From a virus (Duplodnaviria; Heunggongvirae; Uroviricota; Caudoviricetes): a DNA stretch of 64,000 bases. A program made the translations under genes and the position numbers. Each line of letters starts with the position of its first letter. Position 1 is the stretch's first letter. This document shows positions 7,208 to 16,611 of the stretch, one piece after another. The notes beneath the pieces were generated by a model. It made no database searches, was not told the origin of the DNA, and saw only the letters and a program-made list of their open reading frames with translations. The stretch spans positions 1 through 64,000 of IMG/VR virus record IMGVR_UViG_3300037067_008064. One strand, 5' to 3'.

Positions 7208-7869
7208 TGGAATAATGCTGAGAAATCAAGAAGTGCAATTTTTTTGGGAGTTTTTATCTCCCTGTATACTGGATTTTATAGAAAACTTGTACGCAATATA
7301 GGCGCCAAGTTACCGTCACCAAGGTGTACGACCCTAAGGTCTATTAGTCCGTATGTATACGGTTCTAGTAATTCATATATTTAACGAAGTATCACTTACT
7401 TTTACTACAGTATTTTTTATTATTTTTATTCATATGAGAACCTTATGATGCGTGGTTTTACGAACTTTCATTCGGGATATTTTAAGATGTGTGCCAAATC
7501 TTTTATAGTATAGGATTTATGTGTTCGTCCTATCAGGAATCTATAAACTCAGATATTGCTACCTTTCCTCTTTGTTAGTACATGATCGAACTTATTGTTT
7601 GGTTTTCTATTGCTAGAAAGGTTTGTTTTACGAAGTACCGCATGCAATCGCTACATATGTTTTATTTTCAAAATTTAAAGAACTTGTGAATGTAATATAA
7701 CAAAAATATGAAAAGGTTTTAAAATTTTTAAGTTAAAGAATGTTAAAATATTTTCTTATTTTATTTATATATTCAGTTTGGTTTTTTAGTAATATATCAG
7801 TTAATGTTAAATAGGTGTTTTTAATTAGTTTAGTGAAGTCTGTTAAAAGATATCTAATAAATAAAAGGT

Positions 7870-8313
7870 TTACTTAATTAAATTTTTAACTTGTTCAGAT
7901 GTTATTCTAGTATCATCTTTTCCAACCCAAACTATTTCATCATAAATAATTGATTCAGATACAATACAATTAAAATAATATCCATTCCATTCACCAACAA
8001 AACATTTAGTTTCTTTTGGTATAATACATTTTACTATAACACCTTTTTTACCACATGATACAGTTCCAAATTCATCTATATTATTAATAATATCTAACAA
8101 ATCATTAAATGCATGAAATCCACTATTTATTTGTTTATTATCAATTTCAAATTCATCAAAATCAACATGATACAATTCTTTTAAATTTATTTTAAAACGA
8201 TTTTGATAAAACCCTTGATATTCATTGGTTACAGGGTCTTGTTCAATAAGTTTATAGACAATAATATCTTCTTTTGTAAGACTTGGTATTTTTTTATTAA
8301 TTGTTAAACACAT
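7870..8313 (-). CDS. hypothetical protein, Met-Cys-Leu paralog family A
   Basis: Internal start MCLTINKKIPSLTKEDIIVYKLI aligns with the MCL...DIKIYKVFV starts of 8373-8780 and 10489-10899. Shared GFHAF/GFHSF motif. The track start at 8337 is probably too far upstream. Confidence 0.4.
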   Translation of the reverse strand: MCLTINKKIPSLTKEDIIVYKLIEQDPVTNEYQGFYQNRFKINLKELYHVDFDEFEIDNKQINSGFHAFNDLLDIINNIDEFGTVSCGKKGVIVKCIIPKETKCFVGEWNGYYFNCIVSESIIYDEIVWVGKDDTRITSEQVKNLIK

Positions 8314-8372
8314 AATTTTAATATTTTTAATCTCCATACATCCAATTTAATTCATCTTCTAGTGTAATTTGA

Positions 8373-8780
8373 TTATTCATTTATTTTTGCTTTTATAATT
8401 ATTTGATTACTAACTATTTCGCTTCCTTGGCCTGAAATATAATTGCTACCTTTAGGAATAATACCACTATAAATACTTCTTACACTATTATTAGGCATTG
8501 ATTCTATAAGATATCTCGCACTTTTTATATCTGTAAAAGAATGGAACCCATTATTAATATGCCAATAAAATTTAAATCCATCTCTATATGGCTTTAAATC
8601 TCTTTTATTAAAAGAAGTTTCATTCAATTTATTTAATTCCCAATTATATGCATAACAGGGACTACATAACTGGTCGAGATCATTATATGAAACAAATACT
8701 TTGTATATTTTAATATCTTCTGTTGCTTTTTGAATAGGGTTTCTACCTTTAAATATATTTCTTTCTTTATCTAAACACAT
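8373..8780 (-). CDS. hypothetical protein, Met-Cys-Leu paralog family A
   Basis: MCLDKERNIFKGRNP...DIKIYKVFV...NNGFHSFTD; paralog of 10489-10899 and 7870-8313. Confidence 0.45.
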   Translation of the reverse strand: MCLDKERNIFKGRNPIQKATEDIKIYKVFVSYNDLDQLCSPCYAYNWELNKLNETSFNKRDLKPYRDGFKFYWHINNGFHSFTDIKSARYLIESMPNNSVRSIYSGIIPKGSNYISGQGSEIVSNQIIIKAKINE

Positions 8781-8784
8781 AATT

Positions 8785-9228
8785 TTAATAATTTATAGTC
8801 ATTTCTTTTCTTACTCTCATTAAGGTTATACCTAATTGGTTTCTTCCTTTAATATTTTTACATTCAGGACATGAACAATCACCCCAGTAATTATCATGCC
8901 AAGTATTACCTTCAACAAGTTCTTCTGTACCTGTTGCTAATAGTTTCTTTCTTAAATCAGGATTTTGAGCAAACTTAAGTTTAACAATCATATACATAAT
9001 TTGGTCTTTAACTTCAGTCCAATCTTCTCTTACTTTAATATGCTGCCCTAATCTTTTTGATTGCCCTGGAGTAGTTGCCAATCTTACCATATCATGGTCA
9101 GAAACATTTGAAGCTTTTGATGCTTGATAAAAATGTTCTGATGAAGGATATGTTCTTTTGCCATAAGTTATTGGGGCTAACCAAAAATTACTAAGGAATC
9201 TATATTGCCCATGAAAATCATTAATCAT
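8785..9228 (-). CDS. NADAR / YbiA-like (DUF1768) domain protein
   Basis: FLSNF, SSEHFYQASK and NTWHDNYWG blocks match the YbiA/NADAR fold, a family of ADP-ribose-processing N-glycosidases. Confidence 0.55.
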   Translation of the reverse strand: MINDFHGQYRFLSNFWLAPITYGKRTYPSSEHFYQASKASNVSDHDMVRLATTPGQSKRLGQHIKVREDWTEVKDQIMYMIVKLKFAQNPDLRKKLLATGTEELVEGNTWHDNYWGDCSCPECKNIKGRNQLGITLMRVRKEMTINY

Positions 9229-9246
9229 TTTATTTTATTTTAAATA

Positions 9247-10077
9247 TTAATCAATAAAAGCATTTGTTGAATTACCAACTTCAGTTGAAATATGAATTTC
9301 ATGCCAACTAGGTAAATTAATTGTGTGGTGATCTGGGTGTTTGACTTTACCACGACCAAGTACTGTTGCACCACGTACTTGTTGTGAAAAACCTAATCTT
9401 TCTTCTGGTGATAAACTTTTATATTCAGATTCTGTAATTATTCTATCTCGTTTAACATAAACAGTTTCACCACCAAAACGAACAACTTCTTCAACAACAT
9501 GTGATGTGCCTCCACGACGGCTAATTGGTTCATTTTTATGTATGATAGTACTTTTATCTTCTTGAAAATTTACGGGCACAAAAAACCATTCACCTTGACG
9601 GATAAATCCTTTGGTTTTTCTTTTTTTCCATTCTTTAGTTTTTACTCCTTGGCGAATCATTGAAATGTTTACAGCTTTTGGTCTAAGAAGTGCAAAAGCT
9701 TCACGAATATTTTTTGCCATAGTTACACCAGCAACAAACCAGTGCATTTCATCACGACCAAGTAAAAGTCTTTCATCAAAAGTTTCATTTGGTTTACCGC
9801 GTTTAAAAATTTGACGTCCTCCTACCCAAGAACTATCTATTCTTGGGGCACGAATAAAAATTAACATTTGACGAAGTTTTGGGTCAAAATCTAAAACTTG
9901 TAAAGTTATTTCTGATTCATTAATATCGGGGTGTATGGTCATTGTAAAATGTTCACCTTGTTTATCATTTGTAACATTCATACGAATAACCCCATCACGT
10001 GCTAATGAACTTCCTTTACGGATAGTAACACGTGCTCCAATTTTTTCAAAACTTTTTCTGAGATTATCTCTATTCAT
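9247..10077 (-). CDS. hypothetical protein (two H-x-T-x motifs; possible 2H-phosphoesterase-like)
   Basis: Long ORF between the NADAR and PTH2 genes. Contains EHFTMTIHP and HPDHHTINLP, two HxTx motifs; the function assignment is speculative. Confidence 0.45.
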   Translation of the reverse strand: MNRDNLRKSFEKIGARVTIRKGSSLARDGVIRMNVTNDKQGEHFTMTIHPDINESEITLQVLDFDPKLRQMLIFIRAPRIDSSWVGGRQIFKRGKPNETFDERLLLGRDEMHWFVAGVTMAKNIREAFALLRPKAVNISMIRQGVKTKEWKKRKTKGFIRQGEWFFVPVNFQEDKSTIIHKNEPISRRGGTSHVVEEVVRFGGETVYVKRDRIITESEYKSLSPEERLGFSQQVRGATVLGRGKVKHPDHHTINLPSWHEIHISTEVGNSTNAFID

Positions 10078-10078
10078 T

Positions 10079-10489
10079 TTATAATAATTTTAAATTTTTT
10101 GTTATTTCATCTATATCATTTGGATATGCGGGGCCTATTGCAATACATGTTTTAGTTGGTATTCCATGAAATTCTGTTAAACCAGAATCAACAATTAAAG
10201 AACATAATAAATGTTTTTCTTTAGCTTTATTATATAATTCATCTAATTCTTGTTCTGAATTACACCCAACTACAATTTTAACAAACCTTCCCTCAATCCA
10301 TTCTTTTAAATATGTTTCTTCTTTTTCAATTTCTAAAATCCAGTCTCTTCTATAACCAGAATATGTTAATTCAGAATTATATATTTTATCTAAAAGAACT
10401 TTCATAGAGGCATGTGCAGCTTGCGCGCACATTTTACCTTTACGCATATTAAGATCAGTCCTTATTACAATTACTTGTTTTGGTTCCAT
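10079..10489 (-). CDS. peptidyl-tRNA hydrolase, PTH2 family
   Basis: VIVIRTDLNMRKGKMCAQAAHAS is the PTH2 signature; typical length (~136 aa). Confidence 0.6.
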   Translation of the reverse strand: MEPKQVIVIRTDLNMRKGKMCAQAAHASMKVLLDKIYNSELTYSGYRRDWILEIEKEETYLKEWIEGRFVKIVVGCNSEQELDELYNKAKEKHLLCSLIVDSGLTEFHGIPTKTCIAIGPAYPNDIDEITKNLKLL

Positions 10490-10899
10490 TATATTGATTC
10501 TAAATCTATTTCTTTCAAAATAATAATTCTTTCAGAAACAATTTCACATGCTATATCATCACTTAATATATATTTAGTTCCATTTGGAACAACACATTCA
10601 AATATTGTACAGTGACAGTCCCTATGATCAATGGCATCTTCTATATTTAAGAAGGCGTGAAAACCTTGATTAATATACCATTGATTTTTATGTTTATAGT
10701 TATATACTGGCAATAAATCTAATTCACAAAAATTAGTTTCATATGTTTTATTAAATTCATATATAAAATTTCTATGAGGACTTACTATTGCGGTTTCTCC
10801 TTCATAATGAACTAAATATTTATATACTTTAATATCTTTTTTTGCTATTTTTACAGGGTTTTTACCCCATATAACATGCCTTTTTTTTGATAAACACAT
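10489..10899 (-). CDS. hypothetical protein, Met-Cys-Leu paralog family A
   Basis: MCLSKKRHVIWGKNP...DIKVYKYLV...NQGFHAFLN; start overlaps the PTH2 stop. Confidence 0.45.
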   Translation of the reverse strand: MCLSKKRHVIWGKNPVKIAKKDIKVYKYLVHYEGETAIVSPHRNFIYEFNKTYETNFCELDLLPVYNYKHKNQWYINQGFHAFLNIEDAIDHRDCHCTIFECVVPNGTKYILSDDIACEIVSERIIILKEIDLESI

Positions 10900-10905
10900 A
10901 ATTTG

Positions 10906-12093
10906 TTAATTTGTAATTTTTAATTTGTATTTGCAATATTCTACTTCTTTTGGGTCACCAGTACTTTTGCCTGGGTCATCTGATAATTTAACTGCCGGGA
11001 ACCATTCTCCATTAATAAAAACTTCAGAAATTTTAATTACCATATTTAATGGAGTAACCCCAACATCATTTGTAAAATTAGTTCCTATTCCAAAAGAACA
11101 ATTGATTTTATTTTCACAATATTTTTTTATGTTAACTGCTTTTTCTGGATTTAAATTATCACTAAAAATAATGGTTTTTGTTAATGGGTCTATTCCAAGC
11201 GATTTATAGTGTGTGATAGTTTTATCAGCAAATTCAATTGTATCACCACTATCTTGTCTTACACCATCAAATAATTTAACAAATTTTAAATTAAATGATT
11301 TATAAAATACATTACTTGTGTATGTATCTGATAAAGCAATACCAAGATCACCACCATATACTTTAATCCAATTATCAAGAGCTATTTCATTTGCTAAAGT
11401 ATATCCATATAAAGCGGCATGTATCATAAACCATAAATGTGCACATGTGCCTATTGGTTTTAAATCATATTTTTTAGCTAAAAATACATTACTTGTACCA
11501 ACAAAATTAGGTTGATAATTAGAAAAAATATGTACAATTCTATCATGATTTTCAAAAGAATATCTTCTCCTTTGCCCCATATCAACAAAGTTAACACCAT
11601 TATCTTTTAAAAATTTAGCTTTAGCCATATCTTTATTTAAAAGATTATGAAGATCAACTTGTTGTTCTGTCATTATAAAATATAATTCAGAAATTATTGA
11701 TAATAGAGGAACTTCCCACATCATGCATGTTGATAATGTACCTTCTAAAGTAATATCTAAATGTCCTCCTATTTGTTTTATTTTAATTTGACATGGATTA
11801 TATTTAAAAACTTTAAGAAAATTAACATATGTTTCTGGTAAATATTTAATTTTTTTAAGAAACAAATAATCAGTTTCCTTTAATGCTAATTCACTCATAT
11901 ATTGAACTTGTTTTCTTAATTCAATATCAAATTTCTTTGGAAATTCAATCTCTGATCTTGTAATAAATTTATATCTTACCTTAAGCTCCGGGAATATTTT
12001 TATTGTTGCCCATTGCATAGTAAATAAATATAAATCATTATCTAATATAGATTGTATAATTGGATTAATCATTTCCTTATGTATCAAAAACAT
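10906..12093 (-). CDS. nicotinate/nicotinamide phosphoribosyltransferase family protein (PncB/NadV-like)
   Basis: ~395 aa with a CSFGIGTNFTND block typical of the NAPRTase family. Sits next to pncA and nadE. Confidence 0.55.
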   Translation of the reverse strand: MFLIHKEMINPIIQSILDNDLYLFTMQWATIKIFPELKVRYKFITRSEIEFPKKFDIELRKQVQYMSELALKETDYLFLKKIKYLPETYVNFLKVFKYNPCQIKIKQIGGHLDITLEGTLSTCMMWEVPLLSIISELYFIMTEQQVDLHNLLNKDMAKAKFLKDNGVNFVDMGQRRRYSFENHDRIVHIFSNYQPNFVGTSNVFLAKKYDLKPIGTCAHLWFMIHAALYGYTLANEIALDNWIKVYGGDLGIALSDTYTSNVFYKSFNLKFVKLFDGVRQDSGDTIEFADKTITHYKSLGIDPLTKTIIFSDNLNPEKAVNIKKYCENKINCSFGIGTNFTNDVGVTPLNMVIKISEVFINGEWFPAVKLSDDPGKSTGDPKEVEYCKYKLKITN

Positions 12094-12101
12094 TTTATTA
12101 T

Positions 12102-12734
12102 TTAATCACCAAATTCACCAAAGGTAATTCTTTTTCTTTTAGATTCACTTATTTTTCTTTTAGTTTCTTCAGACAATTTAATAATTCCTTTAATATTCTT
12201 ATTCCAGGGAATTTGCCCTTGATGTGCCATGCTCATTTTTTTCTTGGTTTCTTTAGAATGTTTATGATTTTGTATATAAGCATTTTGTTTAAGAGAATTA
12301 ATTATTTTTTGTTTTGTACTTTCACTATGTGGGTTTTTCTTAATTCCTTTAGATGATAAGCTTATTTTTAATTTATGTTCTTTAGAAAGTTTTTTTCCTT
12401 TATGAGCTTCACTCATTTTCTTTTTAGTTTCTTCTGAAAAACATTCTATAATTCCTAATCCACCTTTCGGGCTTATATTATATCCATTTGGGCACAATGT
12501 ATTATATTGTTTAATATATTTTTCTTGTGCATTAAAAGCTTCTTCTTTAGTATTAAAATATTCTAGAATTTCTTTTTTAAAGTTTCTTTTTCCATATTTT
12601 TTAAATGCACTATTTAAAAGTGGCCGACCGCTTCCTATATATTTATCATTTAAATTATTGGTTGAATGTTCACCAACATATAATTTTTTATTAATAATAT
12701 TAATTGTTAAATAAACATAATGAAATTGTTTCAT
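12102..12734 (-). CDS. GIY-YIG homing endonuclease with NUMOD3-like C-terminal repeats
   Basis: MKQFHYVYLTINIINKKLYVGEHS GIY-YIG start; repeated ..SEETKKKMS..HKGKK.. units; late-promoter cassette upstream. Confidence 0.65.
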   Translation of the reverse strand: MKQFHYVYLTINIINKKLYVGEHSTNNLNDKYIGSGRPLLNSAFKKYGKRNFKKEILEYFNTKEEAFNAQEKYIKQYNTLCPNGYNISPKGGLGIIECFSEETKKKMSEAHKGKKLSKEHKLKISLSSKGIKKNPHSESTKQKIINSLKQNAYIQNHKHSKETKKKMSMAHQGQIPWNKNIKGIIKLSEETKRKISESKRKRITFGEFGD

Positions 12735-12736
12735 AA

Positions 12737-12758
12737 GTTTATTTTATATATTCATAAA
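12737..12758 (-). promoter_or_regulatory. late-promoter-like cassette
   Basis: Minus strand TTTATGAATATATAAAATAAAC-TT-ATG. Confidence 0.45.
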
Positions 12759-12760
12759 AA

Positions 12761-13447
12761 TTATAGAATATTCACCAAAGGTAATTCCCAACTCTCTACT
12801 ATATCCACATTGGCACCGAAGAATTCTTCAGTAACCTTTGGTAATTTATTCTTATAAATTTCTTTGCATGCATCTATAATTACGTATGTTGTATAACCGA
12901 GATTTGCAGATTGAATAGCAGTTTCTCTAATACAGTAATCAGTTGCTAAACCTGTTACAAACACTTCTGATACGCCAAACTTCTTCAGCAATTGATGTAA
13001 TCCAGTATGTTCATTTACTAATACAGGTGAATTATTTTTTTCATTTACAGTATGGCAATTAAAAAAAACACCATAAGATTCAAATTTTTCTTTGTTTCCT
13101 TTTTTAATTATATAAAGTTTTTTATTATTATCTTTAAAAAATTGCAGATTTAAATCTTCATGAAATTGGGCACCTGGAGTATTTTGTACACAATGGTCAG
13201 GCCATAATATATCTACGACTCCATCAATATTCATTGATTCAAAAGGCTTTTTTCCTTCATGATTTGAAGCAAACCATACATGATTTTGTGGGTGCCAATC
13301 CTTTGTAAATACAACTAAATCAAATTCAGGTATAAGTTTATTTATTAAAGGTATTATTGAGTTTGCACCCTTTACAGCCAATGACCCACCTTCACAAAAG
13401 TCATTTTGTACATCTACAACAAGTAAGGCTTTATTAATTTTTTTCAT
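12761..13447 (-). CDS. pncA: nicotinamidase/pyrazinamidase (isochorismatase fold)
   Basis: LLVVDVQNDFCEGG, lysine and ATDYCI give the Asp/Lys/Cys triad arrangement of PncA. Confidence 0.65.
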   Translation of the reverse strand: MKKINKALLVVDVQNDFCEGGSLAVKGANSIIPLINKLIPEFDLVVFTKDWHPQNHVWFASNHEGKKPFESMNIDGVVDILWPDHCVQNTPGAQFHEDLNLQFFKDNNKKLYIIKKGNKEKFESYGVFFNCHTVNEKNNSPVLVNEHTGLHQLLKKFGVSEVFVTGLATDYCIRETAIQSANLGYTTYVIIDACKEIYKNKLPKVTEEFFGANVDIVESWELPLVNIL

Positions 13448-13457
13448 AGTTTTATTT

Positions 13458-14276
13458 TTATAGTAAACAACATTTTGGTGCTACATTTCTTTTATGATCA
13501 GATTTACTAACCATTGTAGCAATTTTATCTAAATCATCATCTGATAAATTAAATTTCATTTTAAAATTGTTAAATGCTTTAACAATAGCAAAAACATTAG
13601 CATTATTTTTAACTATTAAATTATTAATTGCAAAATAGTTATCTAATATTTCATAACTATATCCAATTTCTTTTTCATCTGTTTGTTCATCATATAAACC
13701 AGCTGTCGGTGTTCTTCTGGCTATATGGTCTGGAAATCCATAACATTCACAAACTTGAAATACTTCACTTTTATATAAATCGGCAATAGGTTCAATATCT
13801 ACTCCTGAACCACCGTCACCACCTTTAGTAAAATAACCAATCTTATCTTCAATTAAATTAGTTGTACCGAGAACTAAATAATCAAGTTTTTCTGCTTTTG
13901 CTCTTAAAGCAGTCATTCGTATTCTTGCTTTAATATTAGGTATAGTTTTTAATTCTGTGGTTAAATCCATTTGTTCGACGAAATCATTTAAAGCATTACT
14001 TAAATATAATATATCATAGTTAATGTTTAAATAGTTTGCAACAAATTTAGCATCTTTAATATCTTCCGGCCTTTCATTTTCATTTGGTAAATACAATGGA
14101 AGTATTAATCCATATACATTATCAACTCCAACAGCTTCTACAGCTAACGCAGCAGTTGCTGTTGAATCTACACCACCAGATAATCCTATTACATATCCTT
14201 TAGCTCCAGAAGTTTTTAAATACTCTTTTAGCCAATCAACAATTTTTTGTATTTTATTTTCTGTTAAATTATTCAT
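13458..14276 (-). CDS. nadE: NH3-dependent NAD+ synthetase
   Basis: GYVIGLSGGVDS PP-loop. Start set at the ATG 14276 (MNNLTENK...); the track extension to 14333 begins with GTG. Confidence 0.7.
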   Translation of the reverse strand: MNNLTENKIQKIVDWLKEYLKTSGAKGYVIGLSGGVDSTATAALAVEAVGVDNVYGLILPLYLPNENERPEDIKDAKFVANYLNINYDILYLSNALNDFVEQMDLTTELKTIPNIKARIRMTALRAKAEKLDYLVLGTTNLIEDKIGYFTKGGDGGSGVDIEPIADLYKSEVFQVCECYGFPDHIARRTPTAGLYDEQTDEKEIGYSYEILDNYFAINNLIVKNNANVFAIVKAFNNFKMKFNLSDDDLDKIATMVSKSDHKRNVAPKCCLL

Positions 14277-14280
14277 TATT

Positions 14281-14448
14281 TTAAATATAATGTTTCTGAA
14301 ATCTTTCTTTATCTTCTTTTGATAACTTGCCACCTATCCAATCAAGAATACCTAATCTTTTATCTATCATCCATTGTTCTTTGCCTGATAACTTAAAAAA
14401 GTTTCTTGGCCTTTCAAAGGATTTTTCAAACATTTCTCTTTCTGTCAT
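14281..14448 (-). CDS. small hypothetical ORF (55 aa)
   Basis: ATG...TAA ORF (MTEREMFEKSF...) that fills the gap between nadE and the dCMP deaminase gene. Below the track threshold. Confidence 0.25.
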   Translation of the reverse strand: MTEREMFEKSFERPRNFFKLSGKEQWMIDKRLGILDWIGGKLSKEDKERFQKHYI

Positions 14449-14511
14449 TTGTTAATTGAATTTTATGATACAAATTTATCAATATATCTTTTATGTTTCA
14501 ATGATATTTTG

Positions 14512-14988
14512 TTAAAGATTGTTAAATTTTAAATTATTAACTTTAATAAATTCATTAAGTTCTTCAGATTCAACCTTTTCAATTTCAATAAACCCTAATA
14601 GCTCATTATTAATTGTAGCTTTATCATAATCAAATACATAATATATTTTCTTAATACCTGATTGAATAAGGTTTTTAAGACATTGATCGCATGGATGAAC
14701 TGTTGTATATAATTCACAACCATCAATACTAAGATCATTTTTAGCTGCAAATAATATTGCATTCATTTCTGCGTGTATTTCGTATTTATCTGAAAAAGCA
14801 TGATGTTTTTCTCTATCAAAGGTTTCTTTACGAAATATGGTATTGCAATTTGGAAATCCGGGCGCAGTACCGTTATAACCAGTTGATAATATTCTTTTGT
14901 CTTTTACAATAAGACATCCTACTTTATAAGAAACACATTTGGATTCTTGTGAAAGCAACAATGCTGTTTTTAAAAAAAATAATTTCAT
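14512..14988 (-). CDS. cd: dCMP deaminase (CMP/dCMP deaminase zinc-binding)
   Basis: HAEMNAI and PCDQC zinc-ligand motifs. Confidence 0.65.
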   Translation of the reverse strand: MKLFFLKTALLLSQESKCVSYKVGCLIVKDKRILSTGYNGTAPGFPNCNTIFRKETFDREKHHAFSDKYEIHAEMNAILFAAKNDLSIDGCELYTTVHPCDQCLKNLIQSGIKKIYYVFDYDKATINNELLGFIEIEKVESEELNEFIKVNNLKFNNL

Positions 14989-15149
14989 TAGTTTTCTATT
15001 TTAATTTTAATATCAAAGGTAATACTGTGACTCCATATTATATCTCCTATAGCTGCAACTATTGAAAGACCCTGTCCCCAAATTTCTGGATGACCTTCTA
15101 AATAAGCCATATAATCATTACCTCTTTTTTCTATTATTATTGTGTTCAT
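14988..15149 (-). CDS. small hypothetical ORF (~53 aa)
   Basis: MNTIIIEKRG... ORF. Its TAA stop shares one nucleotide with the cd start, and its ATG overlaps the upstream stop as ATGA, an arrangement typical of translational coupling. Confidence 0.3.
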   Translation of the reverse strand: MNTIIIEKRGNDYMAYLEGHPEIWGQGLSIVAAIGDIIWSHSITFDIKIKIEN

Positions 15150-15463
15150 TGTTTTATAAATAAATAATCATAATTATCTCTTATATTCTTTATATACCAA
15201 TAACTATCTTGTAAATCAATTGGTATATTAATTTTTTCTGAATATAATTCTTTTCTTGTAATTATAAACTTAAAATACCCGTAAAGTTTTATATATCTTA
15301 TATAAAGATTTAAATCATTTAATTGTTGAACGAATTCTTTTGTTATTAAACCTGGTTTATAGTTTAATATAATGTTGTTTATTTTTCCAATAATATCTTG
15401 TGATAACTGATATTTTTTAAACTCGTAAGTTTCTTTAACTGTCTTTTTATCGTAGCCTATCAT
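15146..15463 (-). CDS. hypothetical protein
   Basis: ORF in the operon context; no recognisable motif. Confidence 0.4.
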   Translation of the reverse strand: MIGYDKKTVKETYEFKKYQLSQDIIGKINNIILNYKPGLITKEFVQQLNDLNLYIRYIKLYGYFKFIITRKELYSEKINIPIDLQDSYWYIKNIRDNYDYLFIKQ

Positions 15464-16140
15464 GTTTGTTGTTCTATATAATCTTTACATTCTTTTATTG
15501 ATTTATATCTTCCTACTAAATCATTATCCTCTGCCCATTTAATCATAAAATAATGTTCAATATCTTTTTTAGTAATTACTTCAAGATAATCACTTTGTGG
15601 TAAATCAACATGATATAAACTATTAACTATAAATTTAGAGTGTTCTTCAATATTATATCTATGTTGATTATTAATAATTACATGATATAAAGAATTCATA
15701 ACATCATTTTCTTTATTAACTTCTAATGTAAACCATTCATTAATAAAATCTGTGTTACCATATCTGCCAAATTTATATTCATATTGTTTATCATATTTAA
15801 TAATTTTTTTATTAAAATCATAAACTTCCATTTCATTAACATCGTGTAATTTAGCCCAAAATCTACAACCTTGGTATTTACCATTTTTAACATAGAATGT
15901 TAATGAACTATAATCAGAATTACCTTTTCTAATATAAATTCTATCTACTTTAAGAATTGTATCTTGGCAAAAAAGACATTTAATTGATTCAAAATGAGAT
16001 TTGTCCCAATTAAATTTTTTGGATTCATCATCCACTAGTTTATCAATAAGACTCATATTACGATATTCGTAATATAAATCAAATGTCCAATCTTCTTTAA
16101 GTGTTATGATAGTTCCAATATCTGGAATAAACATTTTCAT
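15460..16140 (-). CDS. hypothetical protein
   Basis: ORF in the operon context; 4-nt overlaps with both neighbours. Confidence 0.45.
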   Translation of the reverse strand: MKMFIPDIGTIITLKEDWTFDLYYEYRNMSLIDKLVDDESKKFNWDKSHFESIKCLFCQDTILKVDRIYIRKGNSDYSSLTFYVKNGKYQGCRFWAKLHDVNEMEVYDFNKKIIKYDKQYEYKFGRYGNTDFINEWFTLEVNKENDVMNSLYHVIINNQHRYNIEEHSKFIVNSLYHVDLPQSDYLEVITKKDIEHYFMIKWAEDNDLVGRYKSIKECKDYIEQQT

Positions 16141-16601
16141 AATTCAACTTCTTTAACTGATTTAAATTCTGGTACTATATACAAATCAAAAGAATTGCCA
16201 TCTCCATTTAGCCAATCAAGATATCCTTCAAAAATTGGAGTTTCATCATTTGATATACCAACAATTTCAATAATTGTAAAATTTATGTTTTTGCTATAAC
16301 ATATGTTTTGTAAATTATCTAAAGCTTCTTTAACATCTTCTAGTGTTTTAAATAAACCGCTTTTACCATGATAATATGTTTTAAATGAAGCTACATCATT
16401 TCCATATACGTCAAACAATAAATTTTTAAATTCTTGATAAATATCTTTAGTTTCCATTGTGATATCATCATAAAGTTTTTCAACTTTACCAGGTTTATAT
16501 TCTTTTCCAGTAAATACTGAGAAATATTTATCATCTTTTTTATTTGCTATTTTGTAACCAATTACTTCTGTTAAATTGGTTGATTCGTTAATTTCACACA
16601 T
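16137..16601 (-). CDS. hypothetical protein, Met-Cys paralog family B
   Basis: MCEINESTNLTEVIGYKIANKKDDKYFSVFTGKEY; one of four paralogs sharing the MC(E/N)..E...GYKI..K..KY.S.F.GK start. Confidence 0.45.
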   Translation of the reverse strand: MCEINESTNLTEVIGYKIANKKDDKYFSVFTGKEYKPGKVEKLYDDITMETKDIYQEFKNLLFDVYGNDVASFKTYYHGKSGLFKTLEDVKEALDNLQNICYSKNINFTIIEIVGISNDETPIFEGYLDWLNGDGNSFDLYIVPEFKSVKEVEL

Positions 16602-16611
16602 AGTTTTTTAA

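Noticed and set aside
9247-10077. Calling 9247-10077 an ADP-ribosyltransferase (DarT/Alt-like) or a 2H phosphoesterase
   Set aside because: Only two HxTx tetrapeptides and scattered ExE triplets, with spacing atypical for either family. Left as hypothetical.
10906-12093. Calling 10906-12093 specifically NadV (Nampt)
   Set aside because: 395 aa is closer to PncB than to ~490-aa NadV, and the adjacent nicotinamidase makes nicotinate the likelier substrate. Family-level call only.
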